From positions 5,726-69,725 of the forward strand of contig JAXLZZ010000008.1 in NCBI GenBank assembly GCA_046350675.1: a stretch of 64,000 nt of DNA, read 5' to 3'. How positions within the stretch are numbered: position 1 is the first letter of the stretch; each line of letters opens with the position of its first letter. The DNA is from Candidatus Saccharimonadales bacterium. Lineage in GTDB: Bacteria; Patescibacteriota; Saccharimonadia; Saccharimonadales; UBA4665. A program made the position numbers and the translations under genes. Positions 26,968 to 36,504 of this stretch are shown piece after piece. A model generated the notes under the pieces. The model searched no databases, was not told the DNA's origin, and was given only the letters and a program-made list of their open reading frames with translations.

Positions 26968-27430
26968 GTTCCCTACTCTAAAGTTTAGGGTGGGTGATCA
27001 GTTTTATTGGTCGCCCGAAACCAAAGAAATTTTCTATAAGGATGTTTCCAACCAAAAAGCCACCTGGTCCCTGTTGCATGAAACTGGCCATGCGCTACTC
27101 AAGCATAAAAATTATAAGGCAGACTTTGAGCTCATTCGTTTGGAGATCGACGCCTGGCAAAAAGCTCGAGAAATCGCCCACGATCTTGATATAACCATCA
27201 GCGAAGATCATATCGAAGATTGCCTCGACACTTATCGAGATTGGCTCTACAAGCGCAGTATTTGCCCCAACTGCACCAATAAATCTCTGCAGCAGGATGA
27301 TTACATCCACTACCACTGCTTCAACTGCGGCACTGTCTGGAAAGTGACCGCCAGCCGCTTCTGCCGCGCCTATCGCAGCACCAAAAACATCCCCCAGCCC
27401 ACCAAACTCCACCTGTCAAACGGTTTATAA
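26936..27430 (+). CDS. putative HExxH zinc metallopeptidase with C-terminal CxxC..CxxC zinc ribbon (SprT/ImmA-like architecture)
   Basis: LLHETGHALLKH followed by CPNC...CFNC. Confidence 0.55.
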   Translation: MQELITQLRIKFPTLKFRVGDQFYWSPETKEIFYKDVSNQKATWSLLHETGHALLKHKNYKADFELIRLEIDAWQKAREIAHDLDITISEDHIEDCLDTYRDWLYKRSICPNCTNKSLQQDDYIHYHCFNCGTVWKVTASRFCRAYRSTKNIPQPTKLHLSNGL

Positions 27431-27832
27431 AGGAATTGTTTTTCGAATTTGAGCACAATTCTCAAGAGGCTGACTCACGCGTGGGTTACTATATCCTGTC
27501 ACAATTTCTTTACCGTCAGCATTTAGTTCAGTTGCCACCACAACCACCTCGCTACACCCAGCATATCCGCACATAACTTCTCGAGTTGCACCGGTATGCG
27601 TTTCGGTTGGTGGGTGAACATTCTGCGTTTTTGATACATCTTCCACAAAAATCTCTGGTCGAGCTACTAGAGGCTGTAGCGCTTCTCGCAAACACCGCTC
27701 ACCACGGCCTAGCGTTGTTTGCTGGCCGCCATAATGAGTCCCAGCAATCTTGTCTTGATAACTTTCTTTATCGCTCATATATTCACTCAATACATTTGTG
27801 GAGCCCTTGGAAACAAGGGCTCCGATAGACAA
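27425..27832 (-). CDS. hypothetical protein (135 aa)
   Basis: ORF only. Confidence 0.45.
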   Translation of the reverse strand: MSIGALVSKGSTNVLSEYMSDKESYQDKIAGTHYGGQQTTLGRGERCLREALQPLVARPEIFVEDVSKTQNVHPPTETHTGATREVMCGYAGCSEVVVVATELNADGKEIVTGYSNPRVSQPLENCAQIRKTIPL

Positions 27833-27838
27833 CCTGGA

Positions 27839-28036
27839 TTAGGCTGTCTTCTTGGTGCGACGGCTAATGCGTCCACCTTTTGCGCCAGCTTGACGAGCTA
27901 GCTCACGGTCAGCAAAAAAGCCGCCGGTTTTACCGAGCTTACCGCCCTTAGCACCGATTTTTGCGTAAAAATCGCTACCGTACTTATCTTTGTTAGTTGC
28001 TGCTGCGGCCTTGCCGCCTGCTTTCGTACCTGCCAT
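27839..28036 (-). CDS. KGG-repeat general stress protein (YciG/GsiB-like)
   Basis: MAGTKAGGKAAA...YAKIGAKGGKLGKTGGF...AGAKGGRISRR. Confidence 0.75.
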   Translation of the reverse strand: MAGTKAGGKAAAATNKDKYGSDFYAKIGAKGGKLGKTGGFFADRELARQAGAKGGRISRRTKKTA

Positions 28037-28184
28037 TGGATTACTCCTTGGTTAGTTGGTTTACACCTCCTGGAGAAATAAAAAGAGTCTCCCGCCTTGT
28101 GAGAAGCGGAAAACCCTCTTTCTTCTTCAGAATTACGCTTATGATATCACGCTATTGCTAATAAGTCAATAAGCTTGTGCCTTT

Positions 28185-28379
28185 TTATGATCTTCGAGAG
28201 ATCGCACCACCTATAGCGCCATACTGACTGGCGCGTTTTCGGCCTTCAGCTCCAGCCGCAAAACCACCGGTATGCCCTTTTTGGCCACCCATTTTACCAA
28301 TCCGTGCATAAAAGTCAGCACCATATTTCTTACGATTCTTTTCGGCCGCCAAACGACCGCCTTTAGCTGTACCTGCCAT
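28185..28379 (-). CDS. KGG-repeat general stress protein paralog
   Basis: MAGTAKGGRLAAEKNRKKYGADFYARIGKMGGQKGHTGGF... is colinear with the 27839-28036 product. Confidence 0.75.
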   Translation of the reverse strand: MAGTAKGGRLAAEKNRKKYGADFYARIGKMGGQKGHTGGFAAGAEGRKRASQYGAIGGAISRRS

Positions 28380-28445
28380 GGTCCCTCCTGTGTTAACAAT
28401 GCTTATGCTAACACCGTGGGGATAGTCGGTCTGTAAGATATTTAC

Positions 28446-29531
28446 TTACTGCGTAGTACTTCTGCTAGCTGGTACGCTCGTCTGAGTGTTGCTGATTTGG
28501 ATTGGCGAAATTGTAATCACTTTGTTGGTGCTTGGTCGATACAAGAATGCCTTGCGTGAATTTACATACAGCAGCACTTTGTCGCCGTCTTCGGCCTTTG
28601 CGTAAAAATCAGCTTGTTTGCGTGCCACATTCGCATCCGTGACTGTCTGCACGGTAGGCTGCTCAGTAGTAGGCAATGAAGTAACTTTGGAAACTTTTGC
28701 TACCAAGTCATTAACCTGTCGATTGATTTCCTCCTGGGGATTGGCTTTTAGCGTAGTGAGCTGCTGCTGAAGGTTCTTTTTGTCGTTGTACAACGTCCAG
28801 CTCCACAGACCGACTCCTGCCACAAGCAAGACCAACACAAGGATAATTGCATCGCGACCATAGTGATGTACTTTCTTGCCAACCGTGGGGGCTGCCTGAG
28901 TCGCCTCAGGGGTTGCAGCGCTGTCGTTCACAGCTGCTGCAGGTGTGTCGCTTGCTACAGGTTCGCTAGGCACTTCAGGAGTGATGCTAGAACCTGGCTC
29001 GGGTGCAGGATCTGCAGCAGTTTCTGCTGCGGCCGCCTCAGGGGTGATGAATTCTTCTTTGGTGTCAGTATTCTCTGGCTCTGGTGCGTTATCTGCTGCC
29101 TCGGGGGTTACAGGTTCTTCTGGCACGTCATCTGTTGCAGGTGTTTCGGCAGCATCGCTCGTAACTTCTGCTGGTTGCTCTGTCTTTTCTGCTGGAACCT
29201 CTGGTGCAGATGGTGCATCGGATTCTTGATCAGCCTCTTGCTCTGTTCCTTGCTCAGGCGTAGCATCTGCTACCTCTGTAGCTGCCTCTTGCTGCGGTGC
29301 TTCCTCTGCTGCTGTGGATGCTTCTTCAGAGCTATTATCTGTAGCGCTAGCCTCTTCTGCTACTGGCGTCTCCTCTGTTTGAGTATCATTTGATTCTGGC
29401 TGTGCCTGTGTTGCATCGCTGCCATCTGTTACTGCTACCTTTGTAGCCTCAGATTCATTCGATTCATTGCCTTCAGTCTTTGCATCAAAATCCTCATCTT
29501 CCGATGGCCATTTCACATCTACTTGAGCCAT
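28446..29531 (-). CDS. membrane-anchored protein with about 200-aa acidic E/T/A/P-rich N-terminal region
   Basis: A low-complexity acidic region, then a single helix AIILVLVLLVAGVGLWSWTLY, then a C-terminal domain of about 110 aa. Confidence 0.7.
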   Translation of the reverse strand: MAQVDVKWPSEDEDFDAKTEGNESNESEATKVAVTDGSDATQAQPESNDTQTEETPVAEEASATDNSSEEASTAAEEAPQQEAATEVADATPEQGTEQEADQESDAPSAPEVPAEKTEQPAEVTSDAAETPATDDVPEEPVTPEAADNAPEPENTDTKEEFITPEAAAAETAADPAPEPGSSITPEVPSEPVASDTPAAAVNDSAATPEATQAAPTVGKKVHHYGRDAIILVLVLLVAGVGLWSWTLYNDKKNLQQQLTTLKANPQEEINRQVNDLVAKVSKVTSLPTTEQPTVQTVTDANVARKQADFYAKAEDGDKVLLYVNSRKAFLYRPSTNKVITISPIQISNTQTSVPASRSTTQ

Positions 29532-29562
29532 AGTGGCTGCCCTCCCTTTCTTCTTATGGTTA

Positions 29563-29590
29563 ATTGTACCGATAAACAGAGGCGCGTCAA
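29563..29590 (-). promoter_or_regulatory. candidate promoter for 28446-29531
   Basis: Minus strand TTGACG-16 nt-TACAAT. Confidence 0.4.
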
Positions 29591-29804
29591 GTAATATTTA
29601 CGAAGTTATCAACATGCTTGTGATTATTGGTATCGCAGCAAACTATTGATGTAATTATAATAACGAAAATAAATACCCTCTGGGCTAATTTATAAAAAAT
29701 GTGTACGTTGTAAGAATTTGGGAAACGTTCATTTTCCTCCCTGTTAAAACCGTAAAATGTATACAGACCTTGTTTGTTTGGAATTTACAATTGTTGTTTT
29801 AACA

Positions 29805-30062
29805 TCAATATTCTGGTTCGAAAACGTGTCGCGGGAGCATTGACCCGTGCATATGCCCCGCCCTGCGCTTCGCATAGTCTGGATCGACTAATCGCATAAT
29901 CTTTACACAAAGTCGCATTGAAACAATAAACAGGCTCATGGTAACGATAAGTGGCACATATTGAGTAATAAATTCTAACCCCTGGGCACCGAAGCTAACA
30001 ACGCTCAAACCGCCCAATATAATGAGCTGCGCGAAAATTAGATACTGGTGGTGGCGTTGCAT
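29805..30062 (-). CDS. small membrane protein (85 aa, two predicted helices)
   Basis: Hydrophobic stretches YLIFAQLIILGGLSVVSF and YVPLIVTMSLFIVSM. Confidence 0.5.
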   Translation of the reverse strand: MQRHHQYLIFAQLIILGGLSVVSFGAQGLEFITQYVPLIVTMSLFIVSMRLCVKIMRLVDPDYAKRRAGHMHGSMLPRHVFEPEY

Positions 30063-30166
30063 GTTTTTATATTTTTACTACTACCAACCTCATTTAACCA
30101 CCCCTCTCGGCAATACGCAATAGCAAAGAGATATATGATTGGACTCTTTCGGTAAAGCACCTGACC

Positions 30167-30955
30167 TTAGTGGAAAAAGGTCATCTCAGGTGAAGCAAGA
30201 AGGCGTCGTCTTACCTCATCTCTTTCTATCCTCTTAGCATCTGCAATCGCAAGGTACTCTGGACTAATTGGCCCCGGAAGTTGCACGTCACCACTGTTTG
30301 CATATCGTAAAGTGTCGCGCCTCCAGTCTGGGTCGGACAAATCTTGTAAGTGTACGGTGGCCAGACGTTCATTGATAACCTCTGGCGCAAGAGGGTCAAC
30401 CTCCAGCAAGACTATCGCTGCGTCGGTTTTTAGAAGCTTTTCAATATACTTATCACGCATAATGGCTGCCTGCTGTCTGGTCTGATCATCGAGCACCTCG
30501 CCCGTAGCAAGCTGGTTTAGATTTTGAATAAAGAAGGTGAGGCGCTCAGGTATACCGTAGCTACGAGCCTCCAATAGGCTGTCTGGTGTCTCGTTCGCAC
30601 TCTCAACAACAGATGAAAGGTATACGCCTCGGGGGCTCTGTGCCTCCTCATCATAGCCCCTTCCTATAATGTAGTGATCGAAGCGCTCCTTTTGCCCCAA
30701 ATCCTTGGCGCCACCGCTCCGCTCAAAGGCGTCAGCCAGAAAGGCTACATCAGGCTCCTCGATTAACTCACTGCTAGCGTGGAGACCCTCACTGGCAATT
30801 GTATCTAGATTTGTGCTATGCGTTGCATGAAAAAGACGGGTCGATGCGTACGCCTCAAGCGCCTCGTGACCGTACTGGGTAAAGAACTTCTGTATTTCAG
30901 GATTTGTGCCCTCGAGGAGATTCAGATCATTTTTGTTTTCTTCATGGTTCTTCAT
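30167..30955 (-). CDS. hypothetical protein; weak H-Y-E ADP-ribosyltransferase-like motif pattern
   Basis: LFHATHSTNLDTIASEGL, then RGVYLSS, then AIVLLEVD. This is motif-level resemblance only. Confidence 0.65.
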   Translation of the reverse strand: MKNHEENKNDLNLLEGTNPEIQKFFTQYGHEALEAYASTRLFHATHSTNLDTIASEGLHASSELIEEPDVAFLADAFERSGGAKDLGQKERFDHYIIGRGYDEEAQSPRGVYLSSVVESANETPDSLLEARSYGIPERLTFFIQNLNQLATGEVLDDQTRQQAAIMRDKYIEKLLKTDAAIVLLEVDPLAPEVINERLATVHLQDLSDPDWRRDTLRYANSGDVQLPGPISPEYLAIADAKRIERDEVRRRLLASPEMTFFH

Positions 30956-31019
30956 GATTATACATTATAGCATAAAAATGTGTATAACGCAATAAATGCT
31001 TGTGTTTACGCGAAGGTAT

Positions 31020-31048
31020 AGAAAAAGACCTCCATTTCTGGAGGTCTT
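31020..31048 (-). terminator. intrinsic terminator after 5S rRNA
   Basis: Minus strand AGACCTCC-agaaat-GGAGGTCT followed by TTTTTC. Confidence 0.7.
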
Positions 31049-31055
31049 TATCAAA

Positions 31056-31170
31056 ATTTGGCACCGTGCTATTTTCCCAGGGGTGAACCCCAAGTATTGT
31101 AACCGCTACGAGGCTTAACTGCTGTGTTCGGTATGGGAACAGGTGTTACCCTCGCGCCATGGGCACCAAG
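31056..31170 (-). rRNA. rrf: 5S ribosomal RNA
   Basis: The reverse complement reads cttggtgcccatggcgcgagggtaacacctgttcccataccgaacacagcagttaagc...gggaaaatagcacggtgccaaa. This aligns with the bacterial 5S core (CCGAAC..AGTTAAGC). The ends are approximate. Confidence 0.9.
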
Positions 31171-31797
31171 CACGGCTTTCGCCGTGCAATTATCAATTAT
31201 CAATTCGCAATTTACAATAAATTACCAATTATCAATTAACCATTGCCGCGAAAATCATGCTTGATGACCAACTCGGTGCTTATGAGATAGCTTGTTAACA
31301 AACGGGTGCTAATGCACCAATAACTAGTCAATTAAACACTTCTGATTCCAGAACACTGCATCTGTGTGCTCTATGGATATTTACAGCGAGGATCGGATGC
31401 GAGCTGTATGAAAATACTGCTCGGACCGAACCGGAACTGCAAATTCCGTAGAGTGCCAGAAACTGTTAGGAAAGACGGCTATGCCGGCTTTTTAACAGTG
31501 GTGCAATGTTCTGGTCGTAAAAAGTCAATGCCTCTATTAGTACGCTTCGACTACATACGTTACCGCACTTCCATCTTGCGCCTATCAACCTGATCGTCTT
31601 TCAGGGAGGTCATAGGGAAATCTAATCTTGAAGGAGGCTTCGCGCTTAATATGCTTTCAGCGCTTATCCCGTCCGCACGATAGCTACTCAACAATGCTCT
31701 TGGTAGAACAATTGATACACCAGCGGTGCGTTCAACCCGGTCCTCTCGTACTAGGGTCAACTCTTCTCAAATTTCCTTGCGTCCACAGCGGATATAA

Positions 31798-31831
<34 letters not shown>

Positions 31832-31859
31832 ACGTACCTCTTTAACCGGCGAACAGCCG

Positions 31860-31890
<31 letters not shown>

Positions 31891-32198
31891 AGATGAGCCG
31901 ACATCGAGGTGCCAAACAGCGCCGTCTATGTGAACTATTGGGCGCTATAAGCCTGTTATCCCCGGCGTAACTTTTATCCGAAAGCGCTGCCGATACCACA
32001 CTCTTGTACAAAAATGTACTGACAGCGGAAAACTTACTCCTACTTTCGTACCTGCTTGGATTGTACTCCTCACAGTCAAGCTAGCTTATGCGTATACACT
32101 ATCACTACGATTTCCATCCGTAGTTAGCTAACCTTTGAACGCCTCCGATACTCTTTAGGAGGCAACCGCCCCAGTTAAACTACCCACCAGACACGGTC

Positions 32199-32381
32199 CC
32201 AGAACCAGAAATCACACACAAACTATCTCTCTCAAGTCATTCCAATCTTGAATTGGAAACTAGTAATTTTGAGTGCCGATGGCACACTTAATATACTGGG
32301 TCCTGAATCAAGTTCAGGATGACGGAAAAAGGCTTATATGCACTTTGTGGTCCTGGTAAGAACAAGATCATAACAAGGGTG
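32199..32381 (-). other. 23S insertion 1 (about 140 extra nt, between E. coli-equivalent CCACCAGACAC.GTCC and GGGTGGTATTTCA, domain V near the L1-stalk side)
   Basis: About 183 nt here against about 40 nt in E. coli between the same conserved flanks. No ORF. Confidence 0.6.
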
Positions 32382-33401
32382 GTATTTCACGGATGACTCC
32401 ACCTAGGCTAGCGCCTAAGCTTCAAAGTCTCCCACCTATCCTACACATGTTATAACCCGGCTCAATGCCAAGCTGTAGTAAAGCTGCACGGGGTCTTCTC
32501 GTCCTGCTGCGGACAGACGGCATCTTTACCGTCAATGCACTTTCACCGAGCTCTTCGTCGAGACAGTGCCCATATCATTACGCCATTCGTGCGGGTCAGA
32601 ACTTACCTGACAAGGAATTTCGCTACCTTAGGACGGTTATAGTTACCGCCGCCGTTCACCGGGGCTTCAGTTTGAAGCGTGAACCTCTCCCCTTAACCTT
32701 CCGGCACCGGGCAGGCGTCAGCCCCTATACATCCACTTTCGTGTTAGCAGAGACCTATGTTTTTGGTAAACAGTTGCATGGGCTCCTTAGTTGCAGCCCC
32801 ATCACGCTACCCACAAAGTGGTTGCGCCATGAAGCAAGCTTCTAGGATTAAAAATCCAAGAAACTCGTTATATCATCACGCTCAGTTCCTTTCTGAGCAC
32901 TGTGATGGGGCAGGCCTTATTCCGAAGTTACGGCCGCTTGTTTGCCGAGTTCCTTGACGAAGAATCACTCGTACACCTTGGTCTTCTCGACCTGAGCACC
33001 TGTGTCGGTTTGCGGTACGGATAGTGTAATCCACGCGTTAAATTGCTTTTCTAGTCAGTACTTTGACCGGAATCGAACCTAATGGTTCTTTCATTCGTAG
33101 GCATTTCTCCTACTTAGACGGGTATAACCATGAACCCGCTCCGGCGAATATACCGCGCACATCTAACAAAACTACACTAGTACGGGAATATTAACCCGTT
33201 GTCCATCGCCTACGCTACGCGCCTCGGCTTAGGACCGACTAACCCTGGGACGATTACCGTGGCCCAGGAAACCTTGCTCTTTCGGTGGGCAGGATTCTCA
33301 CCTGCCTTATGGTTACTCATTCCAGCATTCTCACTTGATACCGCTCCACCGGACCTCGCAGTCCGACTTCAACGCTGATATCAACGCTCCTCTACCACTG
33401 A

Positions 33402-33572
33402 CGCTACGCACTCCGTGCTGAGCTTAATTGGCAATTAGCGATTTACAATTTACGATGAATTATCGATTAGCTATGAGCCATGATGCGACTTAATCGCTCC
33501 TGGCTAATTGCTAATTCATTGGTCATCGCTAATTGCTATTAGCTAATTGCGTTCAGCACAAAGTGCGTAACG
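33402..33572 (-). other. 23S insertion 2 at the helix 45 position (a classical IVS site), about 150 extra nt
   Basis: The closing stem pairs cgctacgcactccgtgctgagc with gcgttcagcacaaagtgcgtaacg. The interior is AT-rich 'aatt' words. The flanks match E. coli ACCGAAG.. and GGTAGGGGAGCGTT. Confidence 0.7.
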
Positions 33573-34087
33573 CCAATCCATATCTTCGGTGCTATGCTTA
33601 GCCCCGTTACATTTTCCGCGCGAGATCTCTTGACGAGTGAGCTGTTACGCACTCTTTAAATGAATGGCTGCTTCTAAGCCAACATCCTCGTTGTTTAAGA
33701 AATCTCACCTCGTTTCCCACTTAGCATAGACTTAGGGACCTTAGATGATGGTCTGGGCTGTTTCCCTTTTGAGCGACGAGCTTAGCCCCGCCGTTCTAAC
33801 TGCTGTAGTTCCACAGATGGTATTCGTAGTTTGTCAAGGGTGGGTAATCGTAAGACCCCCAGTCCGAAACAGAGCTCTACCCCCATCTGCTACCGTACAA
33901 CGCTAGCCCTAAAGCTATTTCGAGGAGAACCAGCTATCTCCGAGTTCGATTGGCATTTCACCTCTAACCACAGGTCATCCGGGCATTTTGAAACATGCTA
34001 CGGTTCGGCCCTCCACGCAGTTTTACCTGCGCTTCAGCCTGCCCATGGTTAGGTCACCCGGTTTCGGGTCTATTTATTGCTACTAAC

Positions 34088-34250
34088 GGGGTCTTATGGC
34101 TACCGGAATTGTCGTGAGAACTAAAATCAGTTGCCTGAAATTGCGGAAAATTTTTGAGGCGTATTGCATAATACGTCTCGGCAAATTTTACACAATTTAC
34201 AGACTCTGATTTTTGCTCTCGCGGTTCAATTCAGGCAGTCATAAGACCCC
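34088..34250 (-). other. 23S insertion 3, a long hairpin of about 145 extra nt (domain II, E. coli CUUAACUGGGCGUUAAG hairpin position)
   Basis: ggggtcttatggctaccgg pairs with (c)ggcagtcataagacccc. The interior has nested inverted repeats, with apical hairpin gaggcgtattgcataatacgtctc. Confidence 0.65.
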
Positions 34251-34605
34251 TTCGGCCTATTCAGCCTCGCTTTCACTACGCCTACGACAAATGTCTTAAG
34301 CTTGCAACAACAAATAACTCGCTGGATCGTTCTACAAAAAGCACGCCGTCACCAATAAATTGGCTCCGACTCCTTGTACGCACATAATTTCAGGATCTAT
34401 TTCACTCCCCTTCCGGGGTTCTTTTAACCTTTCCCTCACGGTACTTGTACACTATCGATCGTAAGATATATTTAGCCTTGGAAGGTGGACCTTCCAGATT
34501 CAATCAGGGTTTCACGTGTCCCGACCTACTCGACACTAGAAATGATAAAGTTCGTAACATTTGGCGTACCGGGCTATCACCGTCTTTGGCCAGACTTTCC
34601 AGACT

Positions 34606-34905
34606 GTTCTGCTCACATTACGAATTTCTTACTTTATGAGAATGGTGGTAGCACTCTCCTCCTTATGCAGGTTGCCGGCCGAAACCGGCCGCCCACAAAA
34701 GGGTATTTCTAGGTCACAACCCCTGGCTTGCATTCAGCTACCACTTTATTCAAGTGTCGCTTCACTCAAGAATTTTCAATTTACAAATAGCAATTTACAA
34801 ATAATTGACCAATGATCATTGATAATTCAATGAAAATTGAACATTGAGAATTGTTAATTGTTTGCTTGAAAAGTCCAGTGCGAAGCACTACTTGAAAGCA
34901 AACTA
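34606..34905 (-). other. 23S insertion 4, about 265 extra nt in domain I (between GCGAGCGAAC..-type and UCUGGAAAG-type conserved blocks)
   Basis: About 300 nt here against about 35 nt in E. coli. It contains caatttaca twice and a GC hairpin gccggccgaaaccggccgc. No ORF. Confidence 0.6.
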
Positions 34906-35629
34906 GGTTTGGGCTCATCCGCGTTCGCTCGCCACTACTTACGGAATCATTGGTTATTTTCTCTTCCTCTGGGTACTAAGATGTTTCAGTTCCCCAGCTT
35001 ACCGCTCTCCGATTCTATATATTCAAACCGGCGCCACTGGACATAACTCCAGCGAGGTTTCCCCATTCGGACATCTTCGGATCAAAGCATAGTAGGCTGC
35101 TCCCCGAAGCTTATCGCAGCTCCTCACGTCCTTCATCGGTATCTTACGTCAAGGCATTCTTTATGCGCGCTTGAGTAACTTTTTACGTTATATATGCACC
35201 AACCCGAAAGGATTGATACATACAGTGCAATTGACTAGTTATTGGTGATCCCAAAATATTTTTCATTTTACAGTTATCATTTACCGAATTAGTTGCCAGT
35301 TCCCATTTGTCATTTCTGAAAATGGTAATTTGAACAATAATTGGTTAATGAGAATTGCGTAAATGGTAATTGTTTAGGCCAATAGCCGTTTGTCTAATAG
35401 ATATACATACGAAAAAAATGTATATCTCAAATTGCTTATCTCTGAATCAATCTGCAAAAATTGATTCAATTTCTTCTATGAATTGTTAAGTTGCGAAACT
35501 CAAGAGGTTGTATCTGTTGACGCACATAAAAGTGCCACCCATCTATAACCCTTGAAGCTTGAGTTTACGATTGATTCCGCCTGGTGTATCCCCTACGGGC
35601 ATCTACCTAAACTCAAGCGACTCCAACTA

Positions 35630-35658
35630 GTTTAGCAAAAATAACAGAGGCGGTCAAC
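35630..35658 (-). promoter_or_regulatory. candidate promoter for the 23S-5S unit
   Basis: Minus strand TTGACC-17 nt-TAAACT, about 445 nt upstream of the 23S 5' end. It has the same architecture as the candidate 16S promoter. Confidence 0.4.
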
Positions 35659-35760
35659 ACCTAGATGCTGTCAAACTTGCTACAACTTATCACCTGGCAG
35701 CGCGCGATTTCTGAAAGAATCATTAACTTTTGCTGGATTTTCTAGACGTCTTATACGTAG

Positions 35761-35964
35761 GTGGCGTATCGTAACGGTATGGACAGGCCATCAGACGAAC
35801 TCGCCCAACTCACACAAGCTGTGCACGACCTAGAAGCACTGGTGCGTGAGGAGTTGGTTGCCCTGCAATACGAAGTTATGGGCACCCGTGATGCGCTAAG
35901 CGAAGAATTGGCAACTCATATAGACTCACTCAAACGCCAGATACGCATGCAGCGTCGGGGCTAA
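35761..35964 (+). CDS. hypothetical small coiled-coil-like protein (GTG start)
   Basis: ORF only; weak. Confidence 0.3.
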   Translation: MAYRNGMDRPSDELAQLTQAVHDLEALVREELVALQYEVMGTRDALSEELATHIDSLKRQIRMQRRG

Positions 35965-35975
35965 TCAGCACTTCT

Positions 35976-36005
35976 GTCATTCCGAGCCTAAGCGAGGAAT
36001 CTCTC
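35976..36005 (+). mobile_element. left-end copy of the GIY-YIG element (gtcattccgagcctaagcgaggaatctctc)
   Basis: Homologous to the left end at 36120-36148 and followed by the same spacer type (..accccg/c..) and gene start. Confidence 0.6.
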
Positions 36006-36023
36006 TATACCCCGTATTGAGTC

Positions 36024-36080
36024 ATGAAAACATACTGGATTTACATTATGTCGAATCGTGCCAGAACTGTGCTTTATATT
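36024..36080 (+). pseudogene. 5' fragment (19 codons) of a GIY-YIG gene, truncated by another element end
   Basis: atgaaaacatactggatttacattatgtc... has its first 29 nt identical to 36166-36194 (MKTYWIYIMSNRARTV). It is interrupted at 36081 by tgtcatctcgag. Confidence 0.65.
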
Positions 36081-36119
36081 TGTCATCTCGAGTCCCTCCG
36101 TCCTTTCGAACCTCCCTCC

Positions 36120-36454
36120 GTCATTTCGAACGAAGAGAGAAATCTCTCCAAACCCCCTAAGGACTATGAAAACATACTGGATTTACATTATGTCTAACCG
36201 CGCGAGAACTGTTATGTATATAGGTGTAACCAACAATTTGGAAAGACGAGTTTTCGAGCACCAGTCCGGAGCCATTTCTGGTTTTACAAAACTCTACAAC
36301 TGTACTGATTTGGTCTATTACGAAGAGGCTGGTTCGCCTTTACCTGCAATTGAACGTGAAAAAGAGCTTAAGAAATGGTCGAGGAACAAGAAAGACCAAC
36401 TTATTCGCGACTTTAATCCTCTTTTGAGAGATCTCTCAGTATCTTCGAGATGAC
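36120..36454 (+). mobile_element. 335-bp candidate autonomous element: 29-bp imperfect terminal inverted repeats flanking a GIY-YIG nuclease gene
   Basis: The left end is gtcatttcgaacgaagagagaaatctctc. The reverse complement of the right end is gtcatctcgaagatactgagagatctctc. They match at 22 of 29 positions, including the outer 11 nt (with 1 mismatch) and the inner tctctc. Confidence 0.6.
36166..36453 (+). CDS. GIY-YIG nuclease family protein (COG2827/UPF0213-like, 95 aa)
   Basis: MKTYWIYIMSNRARTVMYIGVTNNLERRVFEHQSG..GFTKLY....LVYYEE......AIEREKELKKWSR.KK..LI...NP..RDL. The track's longer ORF (from 36058) reads through repeat sequence. Confidence 0.85.
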   Translation: MKTYWIYIMSNRARTVMYIGVTNNLERRVFEHQSGAISGFTKLYNCTDLVYYEEAGSPLPAIEREKELKKWSRNKKDQLIRDFNPLLRDLSVSSR

Positions 36455-36504
36455 ATACCTAATTATTTCGGCCGTCCCCCTGTAATTTCGACCCCTCCTC
36501 TTCT

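Noticed and set aside
33420-33560. Dense short repeats (aattg, ctaatt, gctaattgc) that look superficially like an array; considered as CRISPR or a tandem repeat.
   Set aside because: There is no constant repeat-spacer periodicity. The segment lies inside the helix-45 insertion of 23S and pairs as a hairpin. No CRISPR array or cas gene is present anywhere in the window.
32199-34905. Group I/II introns or homing-endonuclease-bearing introns in 23S, as reported for some CPR rRNA genes.
   Set aside because: The insertions are only 140-265 nt and carry no ORF. I could not recognise group I P7/P3 or group II domain V motifs. They look more like IVS or expansion hairpins, although only RNA data can settle this.
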